Part shown: positions 63,690 to 64,000 of the stretch, one piece after another
Numbering within the stretch: the stretch's first letter is position 1
Layout of the letters: the number at the start of each line of letters is the position of its first letter
Made by a program: the position numbers and the translations under genes
Source of the DNA: a virus
Lineage: Duplodnaviria > Caudoviricetes
Strand: one strand, 5' to 3'
Virus record (IMG/VR): IMGVR_UViG_3300033075_000403
Location: 1-64,000 of that record
Length of the DNA: 64,000 nucleotides
The notes under the pieces: generated by a model
What the model was told of the DNA's origin: nothing
Seen by the model: the letters and a program-made list of their open reading frames with translations, nothing else
Database searches by the model: none

Positions 63690-63964
63690 TGGATGACAAA
63701 CTCAAGAAGTGGTTGTCGGAGACGCAACAGGAAATCGAGAGTCTCAAACATAAGAAACAAGTACCGGCGAAGAGTGGTATCACGTTTCTTCTCAATGTGT
63801 ACCAGAGGAAGATGGAAGATGACGATTTTGTGATCGGTATGGAGCAACTTATTGAGAGTTGCGTCAATGACCAAGACACACACGACTTCGCTGTCTTCGC
63901 TTTGCTCGGATTGAGTCTGTTTGACCGTGACACATGGGATGAGTACAAGGAGTTCTTCAAGTGA
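63689..63964 (+). CDS. Hypothetical helical protein
   Basis: TAATG coupling to the previous gene. Confidence 0.65.
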   Translation: MDDKLKKWLSETQQEIESLKHKKQVPAKSGITFLLNVYQRKMEDDDFVIGMEQLIESCVNDQDTHDFAVFALLGLSLFDRDTWDEYKEFFK

Positions 63965-64000
63965 GCCAATGGACGGAACACAAGAGTAAGTGGGCAGGCG

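Overview
The window is most or all of a long-tailed (siphovirus-like) dsDNA phage genome. The likely host is a planctomycete, inferred from a stand-alone TIGR02996-like domain and excisionase-type HTH genes. Layout: (1-5.5 kb, +) small genes, an inserted NUMOD4-HNH homing endonuclease and a Zn-finger/TOPRIM/ATPase primase-helicase; (5.5-14.2 kb, -) about 20 small, often acidic early-type genes including an ArdA-like protein, driven by a family of near-consensus sigma70 promoters sharing a spacer motif, with a probable terminase small subunit on the opposite strand; (14.2-14.9 kb) a repeat-rich non-coding region, candidate origin or genome end; (14.9-18.6 kb, -) RepA/AAA_25-like helicase and a DNA methyltransferase; (18.7-49 kb, +) terminase, a papain-like peptidase cassette where lysis genes are expected, a fatty-acid-hydroxylase-like gene, portal, head and tail genes, a tail-chaperone -1 frameshift, tape measure and a fibre/adhesin block; (49.8-59.1 kb, +) a nucleotide-sugar synthesis and glycosyltransferase cluster; (59.5-64 kb) Zn-finger, ParB/DGQHR-like and RuvC-like genes. 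The best candidates for new biology are the amino-sugar glycosylation system (four glycosyltransferases, dehydrogenase, dehydratase, aminotransferase, acetyltransferase, three small-molecule-type methyltransferases) and the protease-based putative lysis cassette. I recognised no integrase, DNA polymerase, tRNA, CRISPR array or peptidoglycan hydrolase. All family calls come from motifs read by eye, not from database searches.
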